A stretch of DNA of 64,000 bases from Eledone cirrhosa (lineage: Eukaryota): assembly GCA_964016885.1 (NCBI GenBank), contig OZ024747.1:47616001-47680000 (forward strand), written 5' to 3'. The notes beneath the pieces were generated by a model. The model saw only the letters and a list, made by a program, of their open reading frames with translations, was not told the DNA's origin and ran no database searches. Each line of letters begins with the position of its first letter. The stretch's first letter is position 1. Shown piece by piece: positions 49,101 through 61,904 of this stretch. The translations under genes were made by a program, and so were the position numbers.

Positions 49101-52100
49101 ATAGCACTAGAGAGCTGGAGCTAGAGATCTGGAGCTAGAGAGCTAGCACTAGATAGATGGCACTAGAGAGATAGCACTAAAGTGATAGCACTAGAGAGCT
49201 AGCACTATAGAACTAGCACTAGAGAGCTGGAGCTAGAGGGCTAGCATTAGAGAGCTGGAACTAGTGAGACAGAACCAGAGCCTGGGCTAGAGAGCTAGCA
49301 CTAGAGAGATTGCATTAGAGAGTGGAGCTAGAGAGATAGCACTAGAGATCTAGCACTAGAGAGCTATCACTAGAGAGCTGGAGCTAGAGAGAGAGAGCAC
49401 TAGAGAGCTAGCACTAGAGAGATAGTACTAGAGAGATAGCACTAGAGACCTAACACTAGAGAGATAGCACTAGAGAGATAGCAATAGAGAGATAGCACTA
49501 GAGAAATAGCACTAGAGAGATAGCACTAGAGAGCTGGAGCTAGTGAGACAGAACCAGAGCCTGGCCTAGGGAGCTAGCACTAGAGAGCTAGCACTAGAGA
49601 GATAGCACTAGAGGGCTAGCACTAGAGAGATAGCAATAGAGAGATAGCACTAGAGAGATAGCACTAGAGAGATAGCACTAGAGAGCTGGAGCTAGAGATC
49701 TGGAGCTAGAGAGTTAGCACTAGATAGATGGCACTAGAGAGATAGCACTAAAGTGATAGCACTAGAGAGATAGCACTATAGAACTAGCACTAGAGAGCTG
49801 GAGCTAGAGAGCTAGCATTAGAGAGCTGGAGCTAGAGATCTGGAGCTAGAGAGTTAGCACTAGATAGATAGCACTAGAGAGATAGCACTAGAGAGATAGC
49901 ACTAGAGAGATAGCACTAGAGAGCTAGAACTAGAGAGCTGGAGCTAGAGAGATAGCACTGGAGAGATAGCACTAGAGAGATAGCACTAGAGAGCTAACAC
50001 TAGAGAGCTGGATCTAGAGAGCTGAAGCTAGAGAGATAGCACTAGAGAGCTAGCACTATAGAGCTAGCACTAGAGATAGCACTAGAGAGCTAGCACTAGA
50101 GAGCTGGAGCTACAGAGCTGGAGCTAGTGAGCTGGAGCTACAGAGCTGGAGCTAGAGAGATAGCACTAGAGAGATAGCACAAGAGTGCTAGCATTAGAGA
50201 ACTGGAGCTAGAGAGCTCGAGCTAGAGAGATAGCACTAGAGAGCTAACACTAGAGAGATAGCACCAGAGGGCTAGCACTAGAGAGATATCACTAGAGAGC
50301 TGGAGCTATAGATCTGGAGCTAGAGAGCTAGCACTACATAGATGGAACTAGTGAGACAGAACCAGGGCCTGGGCTAGAGAGCTAGTACTAGAGAGCTAGC
50401 ACTAGAGAGATAGCACTAGAGAGAGGAGCTAGAGAGATAGCACTAGAGATCAAGCACTAGAGAGCTAGCACTAGAGAGCTGGAGCTAGAGAGATAGCACT
50501 AGAGAGCTAGCACTAGAGAATTAGCACTAGAGAGATAGCACTAGAGAGTTAACACTAGAGAGATAGCACTGGAGAGATAGCACTAGAGAGATAGCACTAG
50601 AGAGATAGCACTAGAGAGATAGCACTAGAGAGCTAGAGCTAGAGATAGCACTAGAGAGCTGGAGCTAGAGATCTGGAGCTAGAGAGCTAGCACTAAAGAG
50701 TTAGCACTAGAGAGCTGGAGCTAGAGAGATAGCACTAGAGAGCTGGAGCTAGTGAGACAGAACCAGAGCCTGGGCTAGGGAGCTAGCACTAGAGAGTTAG
50801 CACTAGAGAGATAGCACTAGAGAGATAGCACTAGAGAGATAGCACTAGAGAGCTAGCACTAGAGAGCTGGAGCTAGAGAGATAGCACTAGAGAGATAGCA
50901 CTAGAGAGATAGCACTAGAGAGCTAACACTAGACAGCTGGAGCGAGAGAGCTGAAGCTAGAGAGATAGCACTAGAGAGATAGCACTAGAGAGCTAGCACT
51001 AGAGAGTTGGAGCTAGAGAGATAGCACTAGAGAGCTAGCACTAGAGAGATAGCACTATAGAGCTAGCACTAGAGATAGCACTAGAGAGCTAGCACTAGAG
51101 AGCTGGAGCTAAAGAGCTGGAGCTAGAGAGATAGCACTAGAGAGATAGCACAAGAGTGCAAGCATTAGAGAACTGGAGCTAGAGAGCTGGGGCTAGAGAG
51201 ATAGCACTAGAGAGCTAACACTAGAGAGATAGCACCAGAGGGCTAGCACTAGAGAGCTAGCACTAGAGAGCTGGAGCTAGAGAGATAGCACTAGAGATCT
51301 AGCACTAGAGAGATAGCACTAGAGAGCTGGAGCTAGAGATCTGGAGCTAGAGAGCTAGCACTAGATAGATGGCACTAGAGAGATAGCACTAAAGTGATAG
51401 CACTAGAGAGCTAGCACTATAGAACTAGCACTAGAGAGCTGGAGCTAGAGGGCTAGCATTAGAGAGCTGGAACTAGTGAGACAGAACCAGAGCCTGGGCT
51501 AGAGAGCTAGCACTAGAGAGATTGCATTAGAGAGTGGAGCTAGAGAGATAGCACTAGAGATCTAGCACTAGAGAGCTATCACTAGAGAGCTGGAGCTAGA
51601 GAGAGAGCACTAGAGAGCTAGCACTAGAGAGATAGTACTAGAGAGATAGCACTAGAGACCTAACACTAGAGAGATAGCACTAGAGAGATAGCAATAGAGA
51701 GATAGCACTAGAGAAATAGCACTAGAGAGATAGCACTAGAGAGCTGGAGCTAGTGAGACAGAACCAGAGCCTGGCCTAGGGAGCTAGCACTAGAGAGCTA
51801 GCACTAGAGAGATAGCACTAGAGGGCTAGCACTAGAGAGATAGCAATAGAGAGATAGCACTAGAGAGATAGCACTAGAGAGATAGCACTAGAGAGCTGGA
51901 GCTAGAGATCTGGAACTAGAGAGTTAGCACTAGATAGATGGCACTAGAGAGATAGCACTAAAGTGATAGCACTAGAGAGATAGCACTATAGAACTAGCAC
52001 TAGAGAGCTGGAGCTAGAGAGCTAGCATTAGAGAGCTGGAACTAGTGAGACAGAACCAGAGCCTGGGCTAGGGAGCTAGCACTAGAGAGTGGAGCTAGAG

Positions 52101-55100
52101 AGATAGCACTAGAGATCTAGCACTAGAGAGCTGGAGCTAGAAAGATAGCACTAGAGAGCTAGCACTAGAGAGATAGCACTAGAGAGATAGCACTAGAGAG
52201 ATAGCACTAGAGAGCTAACACTAGAGAGCTGTAGCTAGAGAGCTGAAGCTAGAGAGCTGAAGCTAGAGAGATAGCACTAGAGAGATAGCACTAGAGAGAT
52301 AGCACTAGAGAGCTGGAGCTAGAGAGATAGCACTAGAGAGATAGCACTAGAGAGCTAACACTAGAGAGCTGGAGCTAGAGAGCTGAAGCTAGAGAGATAG
52401 CACTACAGAGATAGCACTAGAGAGATAGCACTAGAGAGATAGCACTAGAGAGCTAGCACTAGAGAATTGGAGCTAGATAGATAGCACTAGAGAGCTAGCA
52501 CTAGAGAGATAGCACTATAGAGCTAGCACTAGAGAGATAGCACTAGAGAGCTAACACTAGAGATCTGTAGCTAGAGAGCTGAAGTTAGAGAGATAGCACT
52601 AGAGAGCTAGGACTAGAGAGATAGCACTAGAGATCTAGCACTAGAGAGCTGGAGCTAGAGAGCTAGCACTAGAGAGATAGCACTAGAGAGCTAGCACTAG
52701 AGAGATAGCACTAGAGAGCTAGCACTAGAGAGCTGGAGCTAGAGAGATAGCACTAGAGAGATAGCACTATAGAGATAGCACTAGAGAGCTAGCACTAGAG
52801 AGTTAGAACTAGAGGGCTAACACTAGAGAGCTGGAGCTAGAGATAGCACTAGAGAGCTGGAGCTAGAGAGATAGCACTAGAGATATAGTACTAGAGAGCT
52901 GGAGCTAGAGAGATAGCACTAGAGAGCTGGAGCTAGTAAGACAGAACCAGAGCCTGGCCTAGGGATCTAGCACTAGAGAGCTAGCACTAGAGAGCTAGCA
53001 CTAGAGAGCTAGCACTAGAGAGCTAGCACTAGAGAGCTAGCACTAGAGAGATAGCACTAGAGGGCTAGCACTAGAGAGATAGCACTAGAGAGATTTCACT
53101 AGAGAGCTGGAGCTAGAGATCTGGAGCTAGAGAGTTAGCACTAGATAGATGGCACTAGAGAGATAGCACTAATGTGATAGCACTAGAGAGCTAGCACTAG
53201 AGAGATAGCACTATAGAACTAGCACTAGAGAGCTGGAGTTAGAGAGCTAGCATTAGAGAGCTGGAACTAGTGAGACAGAACCAGAGCCTGGGCTAGGCAG
53301 CTAGCACTAGAGAGTGGAGCTAGAGAGATAGCACTAGAGATCTAGCACTAGAGAGATAGCACTAGAGAGATAGCACTAGAGAGATAGCACTAGAGAGCTA
53401 ACACTAGACAGCTGGAGCGAGAGAGCTGAAGCTAGAGAGATAGCACTAGAGAGATAGCACTAGAGAGCTAGCACTAGAGAGATAGCACTATAGAGCTAGC
53501 ACTAGAGATAGCACTAGAGAGCTAGCACTAGAGAGCTGGAGCTAAAGAGCTGGAGCTAGAGAGATAGCACTAGAGAGATAGCACAAGAGTGCAAGCATTA
53601 GAGAACTGGAGCTAGAGAGCTGGGGCTAGAGAGATAGCACTAGAGAGCTAACACTAGAGAGATAGCACCAGAGGGCTAGCACTAGAGAGCTAGCACTAGA
53701 GAGCTGGAGCTAGAGAGATAGCACTAGAGATCTAGCACTAGAGAGATAGCACTAGAGAGCTGGAGCTAGAGATCTGGAGCTAGAGAGCTAGCACTAGATA
53801 GATGGCACTAGAGAGATAGCACTAAAGTGATAGCACTAGAGAGCCAGCACTATAGAACTAGCACTAGAGAGCTGGAGCTAGAGGGCTAGCATTAGAGAGC
53901 TGGAACTAGTGAGACAGAACCAGAGCCTGGGCTAGAGAGCTAGCACTATAGAGATTGCATTAGAGAGTGGAGCTAGAGAGATAGCACTAGAGATCTAGCA
54001 CTAGAGAGCTATCACTAGAGAGCTGGAGCTAGAGAGAGAGCACTAGAGAGCTAGCACTAGAGAGATAGTACTAGAGAGATAGCACTAGAGACCTAACACT
54101 AGAGAGATAGCACTAGAGAGATAGCAATAGAGAGATAGCACTAGAGAAATAGCACTAGAGAGATAGCACTAGAGAGCTGGAGCTAGTGAGACAGAACCAG
54201 AGCCTGGCCTAGGGAGCTAGCACTAGAGAGCTAGCACTAGAGAGATAGCACTAGAGGGCTAGCACTAGAGAGATAGCACTAGAGAGATAGCACTAGAGAG
54301 ATAGCACTAGAGAGATAGCACTAGAGAGCTGGAGCTAGAGATCTGGAGCTAGAGAGTTAGCACTAGATAGATGGCACTAGAGAGATAGCACTAAAGTGAT
54401 AGCACTAGAGAGATAGCACTATAGAACTAGCACTAGAGAGCTGGAGCTAGAGAGCTAGCATTAGAGAGCTGGAACTAGTGAGACAGAACCAGAGCCTGGG
54501 CTAGGGAGCTAGCACTAGAGAGTGGAGCTAGAGAGATAGCACTAGAGATCTAGCACTAGAGAGCTGGAGCTAGAAAGATAGCACTAGAGAGCTAGCACTA
54601 GAGAGATAGCACTAGAGAGATAGCACTAGAGAGATAGCACTAGAGAGCTAACACTAGAGAGCTGTAGCTAGAGAGCTGAAGCTAGAGAGCTGAAGCTAGA
54701 GAGATAGCACTAGAGAGATAGCACTAGAGAGATAGCACTAGAGAGATAGCACTAGAGAGATAGCACTAGAGAGCTGGAGCTAGAGAAATAGCACTAGAGA
54801 GATAGCACTAGAGAGCTAACACTAGAGAGCTGGAGCTAGAGAGCTGAAGCTAGAGAGATAGCACTACAGAGATAGCACTAGAGAGATAGCACTAGAGAGA
54901 TAGCACTAGAGAGATAGCACTAGAGAATTGGAGCTAGATAGATAGCACTAGAGAGCTAGCACTAGAGAGATAGCACTATAGAGCTAGCACTAGAGAGATA
55001 GCACTAGAGAGCTAACACTAGAGATCTGTAGCTAGAGAGCTGAAGTTAGAGAGATAGCACTAGAGAGCTAGGACTAGAGAGATAGCACTAGAGATCTAGC

Positions 55101-56418
55101 ACTAGAGAGCTGGAGCTAGAGAGCTAGCACTAGAGAGATAGCACTAGAGAGCTAGCACTAGAGAGATAGCACTAGAGAGCTAGCACTAGAGAGCTGGAGC
55201 TAGAGAGATAGCACTAGAGAGATAGCACTATAGAGATAGCACTAGAGAGCTAGCACTAGAGAGTTAGAACTAGAGGGCTAACACTAGAGAGCTGGAGCTA
55301 GAGATAGCACTAGAGAGCTGGAGCTAGAGAGATAGCACTAGAGATATAGTACTAGAGAGCTGGAGCTAGAGAGATAGCACTAGAGAGCTGGAGCTAGTGA
55401 GACAGAACCAGAGCCTGGCCTAGGGAGCTAGCACTAGAGAGCTAGTACTAGAGAGCTAGCACTAGAGAGCTAGCACTAGAGAGCTAGCACTAGAGAGCTA
55501 GCACTAGAGAGATAGCACTAGAGGGCTAGCACTAGAGTGATAGCACTAGAGAGATTTCACTAGAGAGCTGGAGCTAGAGATCTGGAGCTAGAGAGTTAGC
55601 ACTAGATAGATGGCACTAGAGAGATAGCACTAATGTGATAGCACTAGAGAGCTAGCACTAGAGAGATAGCACTATAGAACTAGCACTAGAGAGCTGGAGT
55701 TAGAGAGCTAGCATTAGAGAGCTGGAACTAGTGAGACAGAACCAGAGCCTGGGCTAGGCAGCTAGCACTAGAGAGTGGAGCTAGAGAGATAGCACTAGAG
55801 ATCTAGCACTAGAGAGATAGCACTAGAGAGATAGCACTAGAGAGCTAACACTAGAGAGCTGTAGTTAGAGAGCTGAAGCTAGAGAGCTGAAGTTAGAGAG
55901 ATAGCACTAGGGAGCTAGCACTAGAGAGATAGCACTAGAGAGATAGCACTAGAGAGATAGCACTAGAGAGCTAGCACTATAGAGCTGGAGCTAGAGAGAT
56001 AGCACTAGAGAGCTAGCACTAGAGAGATAGCACTAGAGAGATAGCACTATAGAACTAGCACTAGAGAGCTGGAGCTAGAGAGCTGAAGCTAGAGAGATAG
56101 CACTAGAGAGATAGCACTAGAGAGATTGCACTAGAGAGCTAGCACTAGAGAGCTGGAGCTAGAGAGATAGCATTAGAGAGCTAGCACTAGAGAGATAGCA
56201 CTATAGAGCTAGCACTAGAGATAGCACTAGAGAGCTGGAGCTAGAGAGCTGGAGCTACAGAGCTGGAGCTAGAGAGATAGCACTAGAGAGATAGCACAAG
56301 AGTGCAAGCATTAGAGAACTGGAGCTAGAGAGCTGGAGCTAGAGAGATAGCACTAGAGAGCTAACACTAGAGAGATAGCACCAGAGGGCTAGCACTAGAG
56401 AGATAACACTAGAGAGTT
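46125..56418 (+). repeat. 10.3-kb intronic satellite, 14-bp unit (TAGCACTAGAGAGA/C, TGGAGCTAGAGAGC), with higher-order repeats
   Basis: Continuous array with a recurring longer variant CTAGTGAGACAGAACCAGAGCCTGGG; more degenerate at the left edge. Confidence 0.97.
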
Positions 56419-56517
56419 AAAGAGTTATGTTTACTTTCCTTGACAATAAAATAAAGTTTCCTAATTATGACTTCCTTTGTATTCTTGTCATAATAGAGTA
56501 TACATTTTTTTTTGCAG

Positions 56518-56624
56518 AAACTAAGCAAGCGAAGGAAAGTGTTTTATCCACTAAGCAAGTTTTAAATAATTTGGAGTCACTTATTCATACAGGCACATTT
56601 AAAATCGCTTTCACTGTGGTTAAG
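56518..56624 (+). CDS. Host exon 16 (TKQAKESVLSTKQVLNNLESLIHTGTFKIAFTVVK)
   Basis: ttgcag|AA...AAG|gtatg; phase 1-0. Confidence 0.85.
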
Positions 56625-56671
56625 GTATGTAAATATTTTTCTCTAATGTTAGATGACATTTTATGTTTTTA

Positions 56672-57536
56672 CTAGCAGAATGGCCCGGCGTTGCTCGGGA
56701 TTCTAAACATAGATTGGTATGTTTATCCCTCCTTTCTAAAACAGTACAGAGAAGTACGGAATACCTCGGCCTGGGGATGGTGTCTACATTTTGTGCTTAT
56801 AAAAAAAATTCATCGTAGATTACCAGGGGTTTAACTTAATTGGGTGCCTGATAATAAAATGTTCAACCCACGAAAGCCAAGACGATAGGGTGAAGTAAAA
56901 AGGCATTCGACAAACCGAACATGTATTTGTTGTGCTATGGTACAATGAAAGGAATAGTTACAGAGCAGTAATCATGTGGGACTGCAGTACTGGAGAGCAT
57001 GAAGGAATTTAGTTGGATACTTTTAAGGTTACAGGTCCTAACGCAACCAAAATGCTAAACAATGCGGTCCCTGCACAAAAATTTGAAATCTTTTTCAGTC
57101 AAGAAAATTTGTGAAACATTAGTAATGCCTATGCAAAGTTTAAAAAAATTAGTTGGGTACTTCTCGAGTTACAGGCCCTAACACAACCAAAATGCTTTTA
57201 AAAATCGGTTTTTCGCCTAATGCAGTCCCTGGGGCAAAAAATGAGAAAATCTGTTTTGCTCAAAATACATTAAACAACATAAGTAATGCAAATTTTGAAG
57301 AAGTCGCCTGGATTATTGTTCCGTTATGCCTCAAAATAGCCTTTAAAGCCTAAAATATGCGGTTTTTCGCCTAATACGGTCCCTAGGGCATTGAAAATTT
57401 GGAATACTTTTTGCTCAAAACACTCACACGACCATAAGTATTACATGTGTAAAGTTTGAAAAATATCGGTTGGGTGGTTCTCAAGTTTTAGGGGAACAGA
57501 CAGACAGACAGACATTCTCTGTTTTAGATATATAGA
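56672..57536 (-). mobile_element. Non-autonomous Helitron
   Basis: On the minus strand it begins TC(TATATATC) and ends with the hairpin CCCGAGCAACGCCGGG then CTAG. Inserted between A and T with no TSD. (GACA)n near the 5' end; internal ~150-bp repeats. Confidence 0.82.
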
Positions 57537-57688
57537 TAATGTCCTATTATATATCAAATTCTTTGTGGTGGTCTATAAAATGTTATTTCAGTTGGGGTTT
57601 TTTAATGTTGTCCTTTTTTGCTTTTTTCAAAATATTTTTTCCAACATAAAACTACATTTAATAATTTATTTCTATTTCTGAATAATAG

Positions 57689-57758
57689 GAACTAGAATTT
57701 ACAGCTCTATCTATGTTAACCGATATTGATAGGTCAGACTCAAAAGAGATTTCTTCTG
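57689..57758 (+). CDS. Host exon 17 (ELEFTALSMLTDIDRSDSKEISS)
   Basis: taatag|GAA...TCTG|gtaag; phase 0-1. Confidence 0.75.
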
Positions 57759-58131
57759 GTAAGTCTATTTCTTTGTTTATCATATTTTTTTTATTCTTTT
57801 ATTTGTTTCAGTCATTAGACTGTGGCCATGCTTGGTGATAACCATTATTCAACAGCTATTCTAGCTACCTGATGAGGTCATAGCTGTGGAATAATGGTTA
57901 TCACCAAAATATATATTGCAGCGAATATGAATAAACGAAGTTAATTTTAACCTGTTGACTTGCACTTCTTGTGTATATATACATATAAAGTGTCAAACTA
58001 AAAAATTCACTATTTTATGTTTACTGTAAGGAAATAGATATATTTTAAGCTTTTAAATTTCCTTCTGCATTTATGAATACTTGTATTTATCATAATTTAA
58101 CTTTTGTCTTGATTCTGTTTTACTACTCTAG

Positions 58132-58362
58132 TACAAAATATGAAATCTTTCACAAAGCTGGATAAAAGTGGGACTTTGAAATCAAATGGCCCTATTTATA
58201 AGAAGGTATCAGTTGAGGAGTGTGCTAACTTATGCACTAAAAGTCAAATACTGAACTGTGAAGCCTTTACTTATTGTTACTTCTCTGATATTTGTTTTTT
58301 GAGTGACATACACCCAAATGCAACTAATGTTCATGAAGTGGATGCCTGTGATATTTATCAAC
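58132..58362 (+). CDS. Host exon 18, PAN/Apple domain
   Basis: ctctag|TA...CAAC|gtaag; SVEECANLC..NCEAFTYC..ICFLS..CDIY; 231 nt; phase 1-1. Confidence 0.92.
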
Positions 58363-59199
58363 GTAAGTTGTCATTTATTCTATTTTCCTTTTCTTGAGCT
58401 ATTTTATCATCATCATCATTTTATGTCCACTTTCCATGCTGGTATAGATTGAACAATTTGTCATGGTCTGAGACCAAGCAGACTGAAGCAACTTTATCTT
58501 GTTCATTGTGTTCCATATTTGGCATGGCTTCTATGGCTGGATGCCTTTCCTTATATCAACCATCTTACAGGGTGAACTGGGTGTATTTTTCATGGCACCA
58601 GTATTACCACTTTACAGAGTGGACTGAATATATTTTATCATGGCACCAACACTATCACTTTACAGTGGCACTAGCACTAGAAAGATTGTCACGTACTCAG
58701 CCAGACTGAAGACTCCTCTCAAACCCTCTATTGTCGCTGTTTGATTGCCAAACACTGTAGCATCCAGTCTCTCACCACATTTACTTTTAGTTGTACAGTG
58801 TGTGTACCGATAGATGAGTCATTTGAAGGAGTTCATACAAATTTCTGTTTTAATTTTGTTTGTTTGTTCATTATTTCCTGTATATAACAAATACAAAATT
58901 TTCTAAATCGTCATCAAAATATTTTAAAAGTTAATTCTTTATAAAGGTAAATTATGTAACCTAGCTATACTGGAAAGTAACATCTGTCAAGGCAGGCAGA
59001 AACTGGCACTAGAGAGGTTGTCATGACTTTGACACAGCTGAAGAGTCCTTACAGCCCTTTTCTTGGCAGGTTTTCTATGGCTGCTTTCCCTTCCTATCAC
59101 CAATCACTTTACTGAGTGTACTGAATGTATTTATCATGTATGAGTAGGTCATCAACACTAGAAAGGTTGTCATGCCCTTAATACAACATTATTTAATAT

Positions 59200-59387
59200 A
59201 ATTGTTTCTATTTTTGGCACAAGGCCAGCAATTATCCCAGTGCATAACTGGTACTTTATTTTATCGACCCTGTAAGGATAAAAGGCAAAGTTTACCTCAG
59301 TAGGATTTGAACTCAGGTCGTAAAGAGATGTAACTCTATGCTGCAAAGCATGGCGTCTGACCCTCTACTGATATTCACAATCCACCA
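59200..59387 (-). mobile_element. tRNA-derived SINE (Meta-like core)
   Basis: Same family as 5597-5790. Confidence 0.78.
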
Positions 59388-59461
59388 TATCATGTGAATA
59401 TTTTAGGCATTCCAATGGAGCCAAATGAACTAAGATTGCATGTTATAAATTATATTAATAG

Positions 59462-59862
59462 ATGGTACGATTTGATAAATTCCGACCTTACACTCTTACA
59501 CCTCTCCAAGACAATGTCACTGGACCGAGATCTTTGGTGCTACGCAGTAATACAGAAAACCCACCCTGCCTAAGTACAAAGTGAAACCTACAGTCAGTAG
59601 GCACCTCTTAATCAAATATACACCCCATCCCACTACCCCAACTCCCCACCAACACCACCCCTTTCTCTGTAAAATTATGTTGGTATCACAACATCCAGTC
59701 CACACTGTAAATGTGGTTGGTGTTAGGAAGGGCATCCAGCCGTAGAAAACCTGACAGACAGTCCTATACGAGTGAGACGACCAGCCTTGCCTCAAGTGGG
59801 ACAATTCCCATCTAAACCCATGCTAGCGTGGAAGATAGACGTTAAACGATGATGATGATGAT
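59462..59862 (+). mobile_element. RTE family A 3' fragment
   Basis: DLINSDLT..DRDLW, 3' UTR and (GAT)n tail. Confidence 0.88.
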
Positions 59863-60137
59863 GTTACAAATTTACTACAATAAAGTGTATCCAGTTTAGA
59901 ATAGGAACACCATATCCCTGTGTGTCATAATAACTGACTAAAAGGGTTGGTGTCAAGAAGGGCATCCAGCTGTAAAATATTACCTCAAAAAGTTCGATCC
60001 AACCATTACTAATATGGAAAAAGTCAACATAAAACGCTACTGCTGATGGATGATGATGGTGGTGATCATGATGATGGTGGTGATGATGATGATGATGATT
60101 ATAATGCTGCTGATGATGATGATGATGAGTATAATGT

Positions 60138-60169
<32 letters not shown>

Positions 60170-60242
60170 GCTGACTTTGCACTAGTTCAACCTTTTTTTT
60201 TTTTTTTCAAGTGAAATAAACAGGACAACTTTATATTTTCAG

Positions 60243-60485
60243 GGAATTATATTAACATGTTTGATCATATTCCGGGAAAGACATTTCCAATGAAAGGGGA
60301 AATATTGCCCGTCACTGCCCAGAGTGCTGACATTTGTGCTAAAAGTTGCAGTGATAATGGAATCAAATCCTGCCAATCATTTGAATATTGTCCTTTAAAT
60401 AAAATATGCACTTTAAGTTCAAAACACGTATTGGATATACCATCAACAGATATTATCACTACAGAAACATGTGACTTATATACTA
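60243..60485 (+). CDS. Host exon 19, PAN/Apple domain
   Basis: tttcag|GG...ACTA|gtaag; SADICAKSC..SCQSFEYC..ICTLS..CDLY; 243 nt; phase 1-1. Confidence 0.92.
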
Positions 60486-60558
60486 GTAAGTATTTTAGAT
60501 TACTTCTGTATTTTTTTTTTTTTTCTAATTCCTATCGTTTTGTTCTGTTCTGTTAACT

Positions 60559-60863
60559 CTGCGGTCTCCAACGTTTCTTATACCATGGACTAGCTTCATG
60601 TCTGACAATCTGTCCGCGAACTGGTAGTTGCACATATGTGTTATTTAAGTGCATTTCAATATAGAGAGCAATAATAAAAAGAGCAATTTATTAAAGGGAA
60701 GAAAAAGTGTATAATCTTTTAACTTTGATGTAAATCATTTTAAAGTTCAATATTCAACTTATCTATTATATAATTTTAAACAAGTTAATTATTTCTTTGC
60801 AGCCCGGTAACAAATGATCCACGGACTGGTACCGGTCTGCAGTCCGGGGGTTGGGGACCTCTG
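60559..60863. mobile_element. hAT-type MITE
   Basis: TIRs CTGCGGTCTCCAAC and GTTGGGGACCTCTG; perfect 8-bp TSD TGTTAACT (60551-60558 and 60864-60871). Confidence 0.85.
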
Positions 60864-61078
60864 TGTTAACTAATATTTTCCTTTAACACTTTCATTTCTC
60901 TATTTCTAATGATAACCACTGCCTATAATTTTCAAATAGTTTTGAAAATAATCAGGAATTTGGAGGGATTTAGTAACATAACTAATTTTCTTATTATTTA
61001 TCTGGTGTTTAGAGCATAGCCTAACAAAAGTTCTTGCATAAAATTATGATTGAAGATTTTAAGATAAATATGAATACT

Positions 61079-61300
61079 TTAACCCTTTAGCATTTACATT
61101 ACTCTATATTTACTATTGTGTTGTCATGTAAAGGCTTTATCTCACATAATAACGAATCTATGAGATGTTGGTGATGTTATTATTTATTTTGAGAACAATA
61201 CCTTAATATCAGTATGAGCGGCTGGTTATGGTTCGTTTGAACAGAAATATATGAAAGAATTCTGGTCGAATACGGCCAGTTTAAATGCTGAAGTGTTGAA
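61079..61300 (+). mobile_element. piggyBac-like MITE
   Basis: TTAACCCTTTAGCATTTA ... TAAATGCTGAAGTGTTGA degenerate TIRs; homologous to 4786-5294. Confidence 0.65.
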
Positions 61301-61904
61301 ACACACACTTGTTTATATCATAGAACCAGAGAGAGTGACTTGAATATAATTAGATACCAATTAAAAGGCAGAATGTAGTGTATAACTCTATAATAGAACC
61401 ACTAGTTGTATAGAACTAAGGAACCTAATCTCTACAAGCTACAGTCATGAAATTACTGACCATGCTTGATCACTGCTATTTACATGTAGGGAAATATACC
61501 GTGAGCAACTCTGGTGACATTTACACTCTAGGAGTCTTGATCACTCTTCATTTTGCAACCCATATCCATAGCCACTGTGTACTCCAGAGTAGTCATCCTA
61601 GATCTGCCCAACATGTCCATTGAAACCAAGATAATGAAGTTGCTGTAATCTCTAGTATATTACCTGTGATGGTAGCAACAATAAACCAAGTACATTTTGA
61701 TATTTTTCAATATGTAACATATTGAAGTCAATTTACATTAACTTTGCCAAATAATAAATAATATTCTAATCTACTTTACATTTTGCAATTTAATTTTTTG
61801 AGAAACCATACTTTTACATCAACTATCTTTGAAAATATATACATATTTGCTAATGTTCATTAGAAATTTAAACATATCATTTGAATATCCATATATATTT
61901 GCAG

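Noticed and set aside
46125-56418. Recurring GTGAGACAGAACCAGAGCCTGGG motif as a CRISPR-like repeat
   Set aside because: Intervening sequence is satellite monomer rather than unique spacers, and spacing is irregular.
58665-59020. GCACTAGAGAG-like motifs as the seed of the large satellite
   Set aside because: Only 10-13-bp matches inside degraded RTE-UTR-like repeats; compatible with chance.
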